Positions 36,651 to 46,560 of a stretch of DNA of 64,000 nucleotides are shown piece after piece. This DNA comes from Candidatus Eiseniibacteriota bacterium (GTDB lineage: Bacteria > Joyebacterota > Joyebacteria > Joyebacterales > Joyebacteraceae), in assembly GCA_043815815.1 (NCBI GenBank), contig JBDRIO010000003.1, positions 28,360-92,359 of the forward strand, read 5' to 3'. Position 1 is the stretch's first letter, and each line of letters begins with the position of its first letter. Under the pieces are notes generated by a model. It was not told the DNA's origin. It searched no databases and saw only the letters and a program-made list of their open reading frames with translations. A program made the translations under genes and the position numbers.

Positions 36651-36750
36651 AGGTCCGCAGGCCTCACTCCGTGAAGTGCTCTCCGGGGTTCGGGAGCCTG
36701 AGGTCCGCGGGCCTCACTCCGCGAAGTACTCCCCGGGGTTCGGGAGCCTC
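36651..36750. repeat. 50-bp tandem duplication covering the 3' end of gene 36714..37961
   Basis: 36651..36700 and 36701..36750 differ at about 5 positions. The upstream copy holds the real stop (...RLPNPGEYFAE*). The downstream copy would encode ...RLPNPGEHFTE*. Confidence 0.9.
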
Positions 36751-37961
36751 ACGCGGCGTTCGTCGGCGGCGGCGAGCAGTCCTGCGAAGTCTACGCCGTC
36801 GCGGAGGGCCAGCTCGGAGGCGTCCTTGAGATAGCGCGCCCACGCCAGGTCGTCCGGCGTCTTCTCCGCGTGCCTCGGGTACTGCGCGCCGCTCCGGGCG
36901 AGCTCGCGGTCCAGGAACCACTCAACGGCGACCCTGGCGAACTCGGTGTACGCGACCCCCGTGGGCTTCGTGGCAGCGACGGTGCCGTCCTCGTTCAGCG
37001 AGAACCGTTCGGCCTCGGCGAGGAGCGCCTCCACGCGCTCCACTGCCCGCACGGGCGCGTCACCGGCGAGTCCGCTCGCCTCTTCGAGCATGGCCCTGGC
37101 CCGCCGAAGAGAACTGACGAGTTCAGCGTGCCTCGTGGGCCGCGGGATCTCCGAGACCGACTCGGCGATGTCGCCGGCCGACGCCAGAAGCTCGCCGACG
37201 CGTGACTGGCGGATCCTCCGTTCGAGGACCTCGACCGCTCCGGAGGAGAGAACGAAGTCCCCGTCGATGCCGTCTCGCAGCGACCGGGCAAGGTCAATGC
37301 GCCCGCTGTCCAGAGCCGCGTGCACCAGATGGACCCTTTCGAGATCCCTGGCGTTCGCCTCCGACATCGAGGACATCTCGGCGACCGACAGGGGCACGAG
37401 GACGGACTCGCCCACCTCCAGCTCTCGCAGCCCGTTCATGTCCGTGAGCGCGTCCCATGCCGCGTAGACCTCCGGGCCGTCGCGCGGGACGTCCGTCGGG
37501 GTCACGCCTCTCCGAGCCGCGGCCAGGTCGACCGCCAGGCTCCAGAGGCTCTCCCCCGGAAGGGCCACGGTCGTCCTGTGGGCTGCCAGGACCGCGCCCC
37601 CATCGTCGAACTCGAGCACGTCGGGCTCGCCTCCGAGCAGCCGGTCGCGCGCGGCCTCCGTGTCACGGGCCGTCCTCATCGCGCGCCTGACGCCCGAGAG
37701 TTCGGACGCGTACTGGCGTCCCGGCTCGACCTTCTCGGCGGTCTTGAGATAGCGGATCGCCAGGGCGAACTCCTCGCCCTCGAGCGAGGCCAATGCCAGA
37801 GCGTGCCATTCCGCGGCCGTCTTCCCCGCGTAGCGCGGCGCAGCGGCCTCGGGGGACGCGGGAGGTCGGCTACCCCCTCCGCCCACGACCGCGGGTATCG
37901 CGAGGCCAAGTGCCACGAGGAGCGCGGGAAGCGCCAGCGTTGCTCTCCTCAGGTGTCTCAT
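36714..37961 (-). CDS. Secreted hypothetical protein (possible LysM-like segment)
   Basis: Start trimmed to ATG 37961 (GGGGGAGA upstream), giving the signal peptide MRHLRRATLALPALLVALGLAIPAVVG. The GESLWSLAVDL...LRELEVGESVLVPL stretch resembles a LysM pattern. Confidence 0.6.
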   Translation of the reverse strand: MRHLRRATLALPALLVALGLAIPAVVGGGGSRPPASPEAAAPRYAGKTAAEWHALALASLEGEEFALAIRYLKTAEKVEPGRQYASELSGVRRAMRTARDTEAARDRLLGGEPDVLEFDDGGAVLAAHRTTVALPGESLWSLAVDLAAARRGVTPTDVPRDGPEVYAAWDALTDMNGLRELEVGESVLVPLSVAEMSSMSEANARDLERVHLVHAALDSGRIDLARSLRDGIDGDFVLSSGAVEVLERRIRQSRVGELLASAGDIAESVSEIPRPTRHAELVSSLRRARAMLEEASGLAGDAPVRAVERVEALLAEAERFSLNEDGTVAATKPTGVAYTEFARVAVEWFLDRELARSGAQYPRHAEKTPDDLAWARYLKDASELALRDGVDFAGLLAAADERRVRLPNPGEYFAE

Positions 37962-38151
37962 CGTCTCCCCCTCTCGTCCCCTTCCGGACGGGCCGGACAC
38001 TGCGTCCGGCCTCCTGTCCAACGGACGTACGGGAAGCCCGATCTCTTCCCAGAGGAGAGGGGCCGAAGCGATGCTCCGGCCCCTCTCGTCATCATGCACG
38101 CGCTTCGCCAGCGTCCGCGCGTCGGCGTCGATCCAGACGCCGACCCCGGTG

Positions 38152-39504
38152 CTACTCGAGGTCGACCCAATCTCCGAGGTCTTCGGGGTCGACCCTCGTG
38201 ACCTCGAACAGCGTCGCGATGAGCGAGCCGTCCTTGCCGGCGCGCTCCTGGCTCACGAACTCCCACACGATGCGGCCGTCGGGCGCTACCTCGAAGGCGC
38301 GTCCGTAGTCGGACTCGGTGACGAGCGTGTTGCCGTTCTCGAGCCTATAGCTCGCGCCGCACATCTGGCTGTAGAAGGGCTCGCTGTCCTTGCCGTAGTA
38401 GCTCCACGCGACTTCGAACGTCAGGGGGTCGAACTCGACGACCTTCGACTGACCGCCGTATCCCTTGTTGTCGAAGAGCAGCATGTTGCCGTTGGGAAGC
38501 ATCTTCGGGTCGTGCTGTTGCCTCCACATGCCGGACGCTATCCATGCGACCTGCTCGTATTCCATGTCGACGATCGCGATGAGGTTGAGCTGCCGCATGG
38601 AGACGAGGACGTTCCCCTTTCTGAACGCGGGGTGCCGGTCCTCGAGCATGCCGTCCAGAACCCGGATCGCATTCGTGTGGAACAGGTCACCGGTCTTGCC
38701 CATGCCGTACACGAATGGCGCGTTCTCGTAGCGCGAGTCCAGGAACGCGGCCAGGACCGACACGCTCCTGAGCTCATTGCCGTTCGCGTCGAGGATCGTG
38801 ATGAAGTCCTCGAGCACGGGCTGCACGGTGTTGACGCTCGGGACGATGTGAGCCTTCCTCGTGAGGACGTAGATCCGCCCGTCGTCCATGGCGTGGAGCG
38901 CGTGATGCTCGCTTCCCGCGTGGGCCCACAGAAGCCTCGAGTCCTTGTCGACCTTGATGAGCCCCAGACCCTCGAAGATGGCCAGCACGTCTCCGTTCTC
39001 GAAGAGCTTCGCGTATCGCCAGTACTCGGCTCCGTCGTTCTTGGACGCCGCGAGCGAGTCGGGAAACGCCTTGAGAAACGGGAACTCCCACTCGTGCAGG
39101 ATGTCCCCGTCCATCGTCATGAGAGCGGCGCCCGCGTGGTGCCCCGAGTTGTAGAAGTTGAGTCCGGGCTGCGCCGAGTCCATGTCGTAGACCGTGATGC
39201 CGGTCGCCTCCGGCGCGGGGTTCGTTCCGCTCAGATACCCGATGGACCGGAGGCGCTCCACCTCCGCTCGCTGCGCGGCCGTCATCCCGGTGTGACCCAG
39301 GGACGGCCTCGCCCGACGCCACCGTCCCGACGGACCCATGGTGCTGGATCCCGCGGCCGGGTCGTTGTCGAATCTGCGCTGCGAGAGAGAGACGTCCGGC
39401 GTTCCGACGACGAGGACGGCGGCGAGGATCAGCAGCAACCGACCTCCCGACGCCCCGGCGGACCACCTCGGCCGCGAGGTCTGCAACCTGGCACTCTTAG
39501 GCAA
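38152..39504 (-). CDS. Membrane-anchored arylsulfotransferase(ASST)-like beta-propeller protein, paralogue A1
   Basis: TTG start at 39504 (GGAGG 6 nt upstream) with an N-terminal TM segment. Motifs are GRWR, AEVERLRSIGYLSG, YNSGHHAGAALMTMDGDILHEW, EHHALHAMDDGRIYVL, FHTNAIRVLDG, QHDPKMLPNGNMLLFDN and LENGNTLVTESDYGRAFEV. Confidence 0.6.
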   Translation of the reverse strand: MPKSARLQTSRPRWSAGASGGRLLLILAAVLVVGTPDVSLSQRRFDNDPAAGSSTMGPSGRWRRARPSLGHTGMTAAQRAEVERLRSIGYLSGTNPAPEATGITVYDMDSAQPGLNFYNSGHHAGAALMTMDGDILHEWEFPFLKAFPDSLAASKNDGAEYWRYAKLFENGDVLAIFEGLGLIKVDKDSRLLWAHAGSEHHALHAMDDGRIYVLTRKAHIVPSVNTVQPVLEDFITILDANGNELRSVSVLAAFLDSRYENAPFVYGMGKTGDLFHTNAIRVLDGMLEDRHPAFRKGNVLVSMRQLNLIAIVDMEYEQVAWIASGMWRQQHDPKMLPNGNMLLFDNKGYGGQSKVVEFDPLTFEVAWSYYGKDSEPFYSQMCGASYRLENGNTLVTESDYGRAFEVAPDGRIVWEFVSQERAGKDGSLIATLFEVTRVDPEDLGDWVDLE

Positions 39505-39516
39505 ACCCTACCTCCG

Positions 39517-40872
39517 TTATCTGTCGCCCGCGAGCCACCCGGCTCCGAAGTCGAGCGGGAGACGCCTCATCTCGAAGATGGTGGCTATGAGTTCTCCCTC
39601 TCCGCCCGCCCTGGCCGGGTTCAGGTACTCCCACACGACGTCGCCGTCGGGAGTGACCTCGAGAGCCCTGCCGTAGTCGGACTCGGTTATCAGCGTGTTC
39701 CCGTTCGGGAGCCTGCTCGCTGCGCCGCACATGCCCGTGTAGAGCGGGTCGTCGTCCTCGCCCAGATACGCCCACGTGATCCCCTGCGTCGCCGGGTTGA
39801 ACTCGAGCACCTTCGAAAGGCCGGCCTGTCCCTTGTTGTCGAAGAGCATGATGTTCCCGTTCGCGAGCACCTTCGAATCGTGCTGGGCCCTCCACATGCC
39901 CGAGCCGGACCAGATGACGGCCTCGCGCTCCATGTCGATGATCGCGATCATGTCTATCTGCCGCATCGACACCAGCACGTTACCCTTCTCATACGGCGGC
40001 ATGCGCTTCGAGAAGCGGCCGTCCATGACGTCGACGGCATTGGTGTGAAGGAGATCTCCGACTCTGCGCATGCCGTGAACCGTGAGCGCAGTCGAGAAGT
40101 ACGAGTTCTCGAACGCGTCGAGCACCGAGACGCTGCGCAGGACCTTCCCGTTGGAGCTCAGGATCGTGATGAAGTCCTCGAGAACCGGCGCGGTCGAATT
40201 GATCCTGGGAATGAGATGAGCCTTCCGGGTGAGAACGTATATGCGGCCGTCGTCCATGACCTGGAGCGCGTGGTGCTCGCCTCCGGCGTGCGCCCAGATG
40301 AGCCTCGAGTTCCTGTCGACCTTGATGAGCCCCAAGCCCTCGAATATGGCCAGCGCGTCCCCGTTCTCGAAGACGTGGACATATCTCCAGAAGTCCGCGC
40401 TCTCGTTGTTCTCCGCCGCCCTCACCGAGTCCGGGAATGCCCTGAGGAACGGAAACTCCCACTCGTGCAGGACGCGTCCGTCCATAGTCGCGAGGATCGC
40501 GCCCGCGTGATGCCCCGAGTTGTACAGGTTGAGGCCGGGCTGAACGCGGTCGGGGATGTGGACGGTGACGCCGGACCTCCCGGGCGCAGGCGTGGTGCCG
40601 CTCAAGTACCCGATCGAGCGGAGCCGCTCCACTTCCTCTCTCTGGGCGTCCGACATGACGCTCGACCTGTCAGTGGGCTTGAGCGTTCGCCAGCGCCCCG
40701 TCGGGGCGATCTCGTGGAGCGTCCTCCCGGAGTCCACGCCCTGGCGACTGCTCTGAGCGACCGAGGACGTCTCACCCGCTCCGACCATGCAGAGGATAAG
40801 CACGAGGAACACACCCCGGAAGGCCATTCCCCGCGGCGAACGCGCACACAGGTTGTCGTTGTCGCGACGCAA
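39517..40872 (-). CDS. ASST-like beta-propeller protein, paralogue A2
   Basis: TTG start at 40872 (AGGAGG 5 nt upstream). It has the same motif series as A1 (EEVERLRSIGYLSG ... QHDSKVLANGNIMLFDN). Confidence 0.6.
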   Translation of the reverse strand: MRRDNDNLCARSPRGMAFRGVFLVLILCMVGAGETSSVAQSSRQGVDSGRTLHEIAPTGRWRTLKPTDRSSVMSDAQREEVERLRSIGYLSGTTPAPGRSGVTVHIPDRVQPGLNLYNSGHHAGAILATMDGRVLHEWEFPFLRAFPDSVRAAENNESADFWRYVHVFENGDALAIFEGLGLIKVDRNSRLIWAHAGGEHHALQVMDDGRIYVLTRKAHLIPRINSTAPVLEDFITILSSNGKVLRSVSVLDAFENSYFSTALTVHGMRRVGDLLHTNAVDVMDGRFSKRMPPYEKGNVLVSMRQIDMIAIIDMEREAVIWSGSGMWRAQHDSKVLANGNIMLFDNKGQAGLSKVLEFNPATQGITWAYLGEDDDPLYTGMCGAASRLPNGNTLITESDYGRALEVTPDGDVVWEYLNPARAGGEGELIATIFEMRRLPLDFGAGWLAGDR

Positions 40873-40884
40873 ACGCTGCCTCCT

Positions 40885-42198
40885 CTACTCGTCGACGGCG
40901 AGCCAGTCGAGAGGGAAGTCGGCGGGCAGTCTCGTCATTTCGAAGATGGTGGCGATGAACCTGCCGTCCTCGCCGGCGCGCTCGGGGTTCAGGTACTCCC
41001 AAACGATCGAGCCGTCCTGCGTCACCTCTATGGCCCGTCCTCTGTCCGACTCGGTCGCGAGCGTGTTGCCGTTCGGCAACCTCTGCACGGTGCCGCACGT
41101 CAGGGAGAAGAAGAGCGCGGGCACCTCTCCGACGTACGTCCACACGACGTCGCCGCTCCGGGGATCGAACTCGATCAGACGCGACTTCTCCTCGTACCCC
41201 TTGTTGTCGAAGAGAAGCACCGTGCCACCGGGCAACACGGACGGGTCGTGCTGCGAACGCCATTCACCGCGCGTCGCCCACGTGATCTCCCCGATCTCCA
41301 TGTCGAGGATCGCCAACAGATTGGGAATGCGCAGAGACAGGAGGATGCTCCCCTTGCGGAACTCCGGAACGCCGTCGACCATACCGTCCTCGAGCAGGAC
41401 CATCGCGTTCGTGTGGAAGATGTCGCCGTAGATCTGGATCTCGTCCAGCACGTAGGCGTACTCGGAACGCAGGAGTCCGTCGAGGACGGAGAAGCTCAAG
41501 ATCTCGTTGCCGTCCGGGCCGAGCACGACGACGAAGTCCTCCAGGATGGGCGCGCCGGGCCTCACCTTCGTCGACGTCGTGGCGACGCGCGAGAGCGAGT
41601 AGATGCTGCCGTCGTCGGCCACCTGGACCTCGTGATGCTCGCCCCCGAGCCTGGCCCAGAGAACGTTCGAGTCCTTGTCCAGCTTCGCCAGCCCGTAGCC
41701 CTCGAATATCACGAGAACGTCGCCGTTCTCGAAGAGGTACGCCGAGCGCCAGTACTCCGAGTTGTCGTTCAGGTACTCCCCCGCCATCCCGGGCCAGACG
41801 TCGAGGAAACCCGCGGACCACTCGTGCAGAACGTCGCCGTCCATGTCCAGGAGCGCGGCTCCGGGACGGTGACCCGACGAAAAGAAGTTGAGCCCTGCGT
41901 AGACGGCGTCCTTCTCGTGAACGGTGACGCCCATGCGGTTCGGAGCCTCGACCGATCCGGTGAGATATCCGATGGAACGCAGGCGCTCCAACTCCGCGCG
42001 CTGCTCGTCCGTCAGCTCCTCGTCCGACTCGATGTCATCGATCGAGCGCCAGCGGCCGGGGTAGCTCTTCGAGATATGCTCGCCGGCCTTGAAGACGTTG
42101 TCCGCCTCCTCGCCCGCCGCGGGGGCGGGCGGAAGGAGAACAAGGAGCGCGGCAAGCGTGATAAGCAGGTGTGCGCCGGAGCGCATGCGCGACGACAC
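40885..42198 (-). CDS. ASST-like beta-propeller protein, paralogue A3
   Basis: Start trimmed to GTG 42198 (GGAGG 6 nt upstream) or ATG 42186, giving the signal/anchor segment MRSGAHLLITLAALLVLL. It has the same motif series (AELERLRSIGYLTG ... QHDPSVLPGGTVLLFDN). Confidence 0.6.
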   Translation of the reverse strand: MSSRMRSGAHLLITLAALLVLLPPAPAAGEEADNVFKAGEHISKSYPGRWRSIDDIESDEELTDEQRAELERLRSIGYLTGSVEAPNRMGVTVHEKDAVYAGLNFFSSGHRPGAALLDMDGDVLHEWSAGFLDVWPGMAGEYLNDNSEYWRSAYLFENGDVLVIFEGYGLAKLDKDSNVLWARLGGEHHEVQVADDGSIYSLSRVATTSTKVRPGAPILEDFVVVLGPDGNEILSFSVLDGLLRSEYAYVLDEIQIYGDIFHTNAMVLLEDGMVDGVPEFRKGSILLSLRIPNLLAILDMEIGEITWATRGEWRSQHDPSVLPGGTVLLFDNKGYEEKSRLIEFDPRSGDVVWTYVGEVPALFFSLTCGTVQRLPNGNTLATESDRGRAIEVTQDGSIVWEYLNPERAGEDGRFIATIFEMTRLPADFPLDWLAVDE

Positions 42199-42327
42199 TC
42201 GTGACCTCCGTGGGCTTTTGGGAGCGGCCTGCCGGACCCGGGCGTTCTCCCGGACCGACGCCGCCCCGAAGTCGAATGCGGCTTCAGAGAGTGCAACGGG
42301 AGCGGCGCTTACGTCCGCTCCTGTACG

Positions 42328-42356
42328 AATATAGCACGACGGACGAGCGGCTTCAA
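42328..42356 (-). promoter_or_regulatory. Sigma70-type promoter of the A3-A2-A1 triad
   Basis: The minus strand reads TTGAAG (42356..42351), a 17-nt spacer, then TATATT (42333..42328). Confidence 0.6.
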
Positions 42357-42461
42357 CCGACGCGCCCGCAGGGCCCGGAGGGCGGCGCCAATCGACGGCG
42401 CGCAGGGGCCCCGCGCGGGGGCACCCCGACCCGCTCGGCCCGCCCTCTCCGGCCGGGCGAG

Positions 42462-42491
42462 TTGACACCGCATCGCTCCAGGGGATAGCAT
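42462..42491 (+). promoter_or_regulatory. Sigma70-type promoter of the Kelch/ABC operon (divergent from the previous promoter)
   Basis: TTGACA (42462..42467), a 17/18-nt spacer, then ATAGCAT (42485..42491). Confidence 0.5.
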
Positions 42492-42569
42492 GACGCATCT
42501 CAGGCACAATGGAAGACCGCGTTCAGGGACACATCTCGTTCCAGAGTCTCGCTCCAGAGGAGGAGAAAC

Positions 42570-43514
42570 GTGAACAGGAGAGACGTCAAGCGAACCGGGA
42601 TCGCGACGGCCTGCGCTGTCGCAGCCGTGATGCTCGCAACGCTCGCAGGCTGTTCGTCCAGCACGTCCCCGTCCGCCATCGTCGACTGGTTCCTGGACGC
42701 GACGTGGGAGACGCTCGCCGACTTCCCTAACGGGAGCTACCACGGCGCCGCACTCGAGTACGACGGCGACGACTCCGTATACGCTCTCCGGGGGTGGGAC
42801 GCGCCCGACGGCGAGCAGTTCTGGAGGTACGACATCTCCACGGACGACTGGACGCGTCTCGGCGACGCGCCCTTCAGCGCGTTCTGGGCGGCCTCGCTCG
42901 CATACACCGGCGGCGACAACCTGTACGCCTTCCAGGGCAACGGAACGGAGGCCTTCTACAGGTACACGATATCGACGGACGTCTGGGACCGGATGGCTGA
43001 CTACGTGGAGACCGGGGTCCGACGCACCGGGCGGAGCCTCGCGTGGCCCGGGGGCGGAGATTACGTCTACGGGATAAAGGGAAACGGCGAAGCCGTCTTC
43101 GCGCGGTACAGCATCGGCGGGGACCAGTGGGAGTACCTCTCCCCCGTGCCCGAGCCGGTCCAGTTCGGCGGATCGCTGAGCTGGGGAGGCGGGTCGCGGC
43201 TGTTCGCAACGGCAGGGGACACGAGCTTCTACAGGTACAGCATCGGAAGCGACGCGTGGAGTGCGGCCGCCCCGCTGCCCGGCGCGATCCACTACGGCAG
43301 CTCTCTCTGCTACGATGGCGAGGGGTCGCTCTTCATGGTCCAGGGCGACACGATGGCCGGATTCTGGCGCTACGACATCCCGGAGGACCGGTGGGAGACC
43401 CTCGAAGACACGCCCGTCGAGGTCCGCCCGGGCGGAGCCGTCGCGTCCGACGGCGGCGCGGTCTACGCGTTCCCCGGAGGAGGCTCCACCGACTTCTGGG
43501 CGTTCAGGCCATAG
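42570..43514 (+). CDS. Kelch-repeat beta-propeller lipoprotein
   Basis: GTG start at 42570 follows GGAGGAGAAAC. It has a lipobox (LATLAGC). Six blades share the pattern F[WY]RY(D/S/T)I..D.W....P. Confidence 0.75.
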   Translation: MNRRDVKRTGIATACAVAAVMLATLAGCSSSTSPSAIVDWFLDATWETLADFPNGSYHGAALEYDGDDSVYALRGWDAPDGEQFWRYDISTDDWTRLGDAPFSAFWAASLAYTGGDNLYAFQGNGTEAFYRYTISTDVWDRMADYVETGVRRTGRSLAWPGGGDYVYGIKGNGEAVFARYSIGGDQWEYLSPVPEPVQFGGSLSWGGGSRLFATAGDTSFYRYSIGSDAWSAAAPLPGAIHYGSSLCYDGEGSLFMVQGDTMAGFWRYDIPEDRWETLEDTPVEVRPGGAVASDGGAVYAFPGGGSTDFWAFRP

Positions 43515-43526
43515 AGGAGGCACCAC

Positions 43527-44777
43527 GTGCGTAGACGCTTCACACTGACCGTTCTCTTCGTAGCGCTCGCCGCCACGGTCGGCGGCTGCGGCGGCGAGAG
43601 CGGAGGCGACATCGAGCTCGTGTTCGCCGCGGGCAACGATCCGTCGGGCGCGACCGAAGCGCTCATCGACGAGTACAACGCGGCGCACCCGGGAGTCACG
43701 GTCCGGTTCCAGGCGATGCCGGCTAACACCGACACCCAGCACGACGCCTACGTGACCTACCTCTCCGCCCGCGAGTCGAACATCGATCTCTACAGCCTCG
43801 ACGTCATATGGACCGCGGAGTTCGCCAAGGCCGGATGGATCACCGAGCTCCCGGACGGGTTCCTGAACGCCGACGAGTTCCTGAGCGGGCCCCTCGAGAG
43901 CGTGACCTACGAGGGCCGTCCGCACGCGGTCCCCTGGTTCACGGACGCCGGGGTCCTCTACTACAGAAGAGACCTTCTGGAAGAGGCGGGGCGTCCGGTC
44001 CCTGAGACGTGGGACGAGTTCGTGGCCACGTGCAAGGCGGTCGTCGTCGAGCCGGACATGGACGGGTTCGTCTGGCAGGGGGCAAGATACGAGGGGCTCG
44101 TCTGCGACTTCCTCGAGTTCCTGTGGGGCATGGGCGGGACTCTCGACGCGGAAGCCCTCGCCGCCGACCCGGAGGGCTCGAGGCGGAACATCGAGGCGAC
44201 GCTCGACAGGATGCGCTCTCTCATGGACGAGGGCGTGACTCCCGAGAGCGTCCTGACCTACAAGGAGGAGGACTCGAGACGCGTGTTCACCGAGGGTCAC
44301 GCGCTCTTCCTGCGCAACTGGCCGTACGCCTGGAGCATGGCGGAGGGCGCCGAGTCCAAGGTGAAGGGCGCCGTGGGCATAGCCCCCCTCGCCCACGCCC
44401 CGGGGCAGACCGCCTACTCGACGATCGGCGGCTGGAACGTGGCCGTGTCGGCCTACACCGAGCATCCGGACGAGGCGCTCGAGTTCCTGCGCTTCATCAC
44501 GGGAGAGAAGTCTCTGAAGGAACGGGCCATCGCCGGCGCGTACCTCCCCACGAGGAAGAGCATCTACGAGGACGCGGACGTGCTGGCGGCGAATCCTCAC
44601 TTCGCGAGCTTCTTCGATGTCTTCCAGTACACGCGCAACCGTCCCCGCTCGCCGCACTACCCGAGGGCCTCCGACGTCATCCAGGAGCAGGTCCACGGCG
44701 CCCTCGCGGGTGAGAGGGACCCGGGCGAGGCGGCGGCCACGATCGTTGCCGAGCTTTCGCGAATACTGACCGACTGA
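43527..44777 (+). CDS. Sugar ABC transporter substrate-binding lipoprotein (family 1 SBP)
   Basis: 416 aa with a lipobox (TVGGCGG). It has the general maltose/trehalose-type SBP pattern. Confidence 0.8.
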   Translation: MRRRFTLTVLFVALAATVGGCGGESGGDIELVFAAGNDPSGATEALIDEYNAAHPGVTVRFQAMPANTDTQHDAYVTYLSARESNIDLYSLDVIWTAEFAKAGWITELPDGFLNADEFLSGPLESVTYEGRPHAVPWFTDAGVLYYRRDLLEEAGRPVPETWDEFVATCKAVVVEPDMDGFVWQGARYEGLVCDFLEFLWGMGGTLDAEALAADPEGSRRNIEATLDRMRSLMDEGVTPESVLTYKEEDSRRVFTEGHALFLRNWPYAWSMAEGAESKVKGAVGIAPLAHAPGQTAYSTIGGWNVAVSAYTEHPDEALEFLRFITGEKSLKERAIAGAYLPTRKSIYEDADVLAANPHFASFFDVFQYTRNRPRSPHYPRASDVIQEQVHGALAGERDPGEAAATIVAELSRILTD

Positions 44778-44800
44778 GACGGTTCGACGACGGGAGCCGG

Positions 44801-45676
44801 ATGAACAGAGAACAGAACCGCCGGTTGGCCGCGTGGATGCTGGCGCCGGCGCTCACGTTCATCGTCGTCGTCGGCGCCTTCCCCGTGCTGAGCCAGTTCG
44901 TGCTCTCGTTCGCGGAGTTCAACCTCAAGTTCGTCGAGGAGCGGAGCTTCGTGGGCCTCGGCAATTTCGCCAGGCTCGCGACGGACGCGATCTTCTGGCG
45001 TGACCTCTGGCACACCGCCTACTTCACTGTCGTCTCGGTCGGGCTGGAGCTGGTGCTCGGCCTGGCCGCGGCGCTCCTTCTGAACCGGATCCGCTTCGGT
45101 CGGACCGCCGCCACGTCGGCGGTCATCATGCCGTGGGCACTCCCGACGGTCGTCGCCGCCACGATGTGGTCACTCATCCTGAACGACCGCATAGGCCTCG
45201 TGAACTCGCTGTTGTCGCGCGTCGGGCTCCTGCGCGAGCCGATCGTCTGGCTCGGACCCAGGCTCGCGATGACGTCCGTGATCCTCGCGGACGTGTGGAA
45301 GACGACGCCGTACGTCGCGATCATCCTCCTGGCGGGACTGAAGTCGATACCTTCGCACTACTACGAGGCGGCGTCACTCGACGGCGCCGGCTGGTGGCAG
45401 TCGTTCAAGGCCATCACCTTCCCGCTCCTGCGTCCGTTCATCGCCGTGGCGCTTCTCTTCCGCGTGATGGACGCCTTCCGGATCTTCGACCTCGTCTGGA
45501 TACTGACGGGCGGGGCCTCGGGGACGGAGACGGTCTCCGTGTACATCTACAAGACGCTCTTCAGGTACGCCGACATGGGTTACGGGTCGGCGATGACGGT
45601 CGCGCTCTTCGGCATCGTCTTTGTGCTGAGTCTGGGACTGGTGCGGTTCATGAAGGTCACCGCGGAGGCGCGATGA
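44801..45676 (+). CDS. Sugar ABC transporter permease (MalF-like)
   Basis: 291 aa. The EAA loop is YEAASLDGAGWWQSFKAITFPLLRP. Confidence 0.85.
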   Translation: MNREQNRRLAAWMLAPALTFIVVVGAFPVLSQFVLSFAEFNLKFVEERSFVGLGNFARLATDAIFWRDLWHTAYFTVVSVGLELVLGLAAALLLNRIRFGRTAATSAVIMPWALPTVVAATMWSLILNDRIGLVNSLLSRVGLLREPIVWLGPRLAMTSVILADVWKTTPYVAIILLAGLKSIPSHYYEAASLDGAGWWQSFKAITFPLLRPFIAVALLFRVMDAFRIFDLVWILTGGASGTETVSVYIYKTLFRYADMGYGSAMTVALFGIVFVLSLGLVRFMKVTAEAR

Positions 45677-46500
45677 GCGGGCGCGGCTTCGCGAAGGGAG
45701 GGACGTGGGCGCTGCGGGCGCTCATCGTCGTCGTGTGTCTCATCCCGCTCTACTGGATAGCCAACGTCAGCCTCTCCCACCCGTCGGCGCTCTACAAGAC
45801 GCCGCTCGACTACTTCCCCACGCCCCCGACGATCGACAACTTCAGGGCGGTCTTCGAGGTCAACCAGTTCCCGGGGAACGTGGCGAACAGCTTCGTGGTC
45901 GCCGCTCTCACGACGCTCCTGACGCTCGCGCTCGGCTCGCCGGCGGCCTACGCGCTCTCCAGGCTCAAGGTCAGGCGGAAGAACGCGATCATGGCCCTCT
46001 TCCTCGGCGTCGCCATATTCCCGGCCATCGGAATGGTCGGCCCGCTCTACGTCGCAATGGCCAGGCTCGGACTGATCAATAAGTACCCGGCGCTCGTCAT
46101 CCCATACACCCTCCTGACGATGCCGCTCGCGGTGTGGATCCTGACGCAGTTCTTCTCGACGCTGCCTGACAGTCTGGAGGACGCAGCGCTCATCGACGGC
46201 TGCACGCCCGTTCAGGCGTTCGTCAGGGTGATACTGCCTCTCTCGGCGCCCGGTCTCTTCACCGCGGCGATACTGATCTTCATCTGGGCGTGGAACGAGT
46301 TCCTCTTCGCGCTCATCATGACCTCGACGCCGGAGTCGCGAACGGTCCCCGTGGCGCTCGCGCTCTTCGCGGGACTCCACGAGCTTCCGTGGGCCACGAT
46401 CGCGGCCGCCACGGTCGTGAGCGTCGTGCCGGTGCTCGTTCTGGTCATTCTGTTCCAGAGGAGGATCGTGGAGGGCTTGACGAGCGGCGTGGAGAAGTGA
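45673..46500 (+). CDS. Sugar ABC transporter permease (MalG-like)
   Basis: ATG 45673 overlaps the previous stop (ATGA). The EAA loop is EDAALIDGCTPVQAFVRVILPLSAP. Confidence 0.85.
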   Translation: MSGRGFAKGGTWALRALIVVVCLIPLYWIANVSLSHPSALYKTPLDYFPTPPTIDNFRAVFEVNQFPGNVANSFVVAALTTLLTLALGSPAAYALSRLKVRRKNAIMALFLGVAIFPAIGMVGPLYVAMARLGLINKYPALVIPYTLLTMPLAVWILTQFFSTLPDSLEDAALIDGCTPVQAFVRVILPLSAPGLFTAAILIFIWAWNEFLFALIMTSTPESRTVPVALALFAGLHELPWATIAAATVVSVVPVLVLVILFQRRIVEGLTSGVEK

Positions 46501-46560
46501 GCGACGCAAACCGCCGCCCGTTCGCTCTCGTCCGGCAGACCGGTGACTCGGGGTCGAACG

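Noticed and set aside
38071-42204. A 1377-aa plus-strand ORF, the longest in the region
   Set aside because: It lies antisense to three well-supported ASST-like genes. Its composition is Arg/Pro/Gly/Val-rich low-complexity sequence typical of off-frame translation of GC-rich DNA. It has no motifs, no SD and no promoter.
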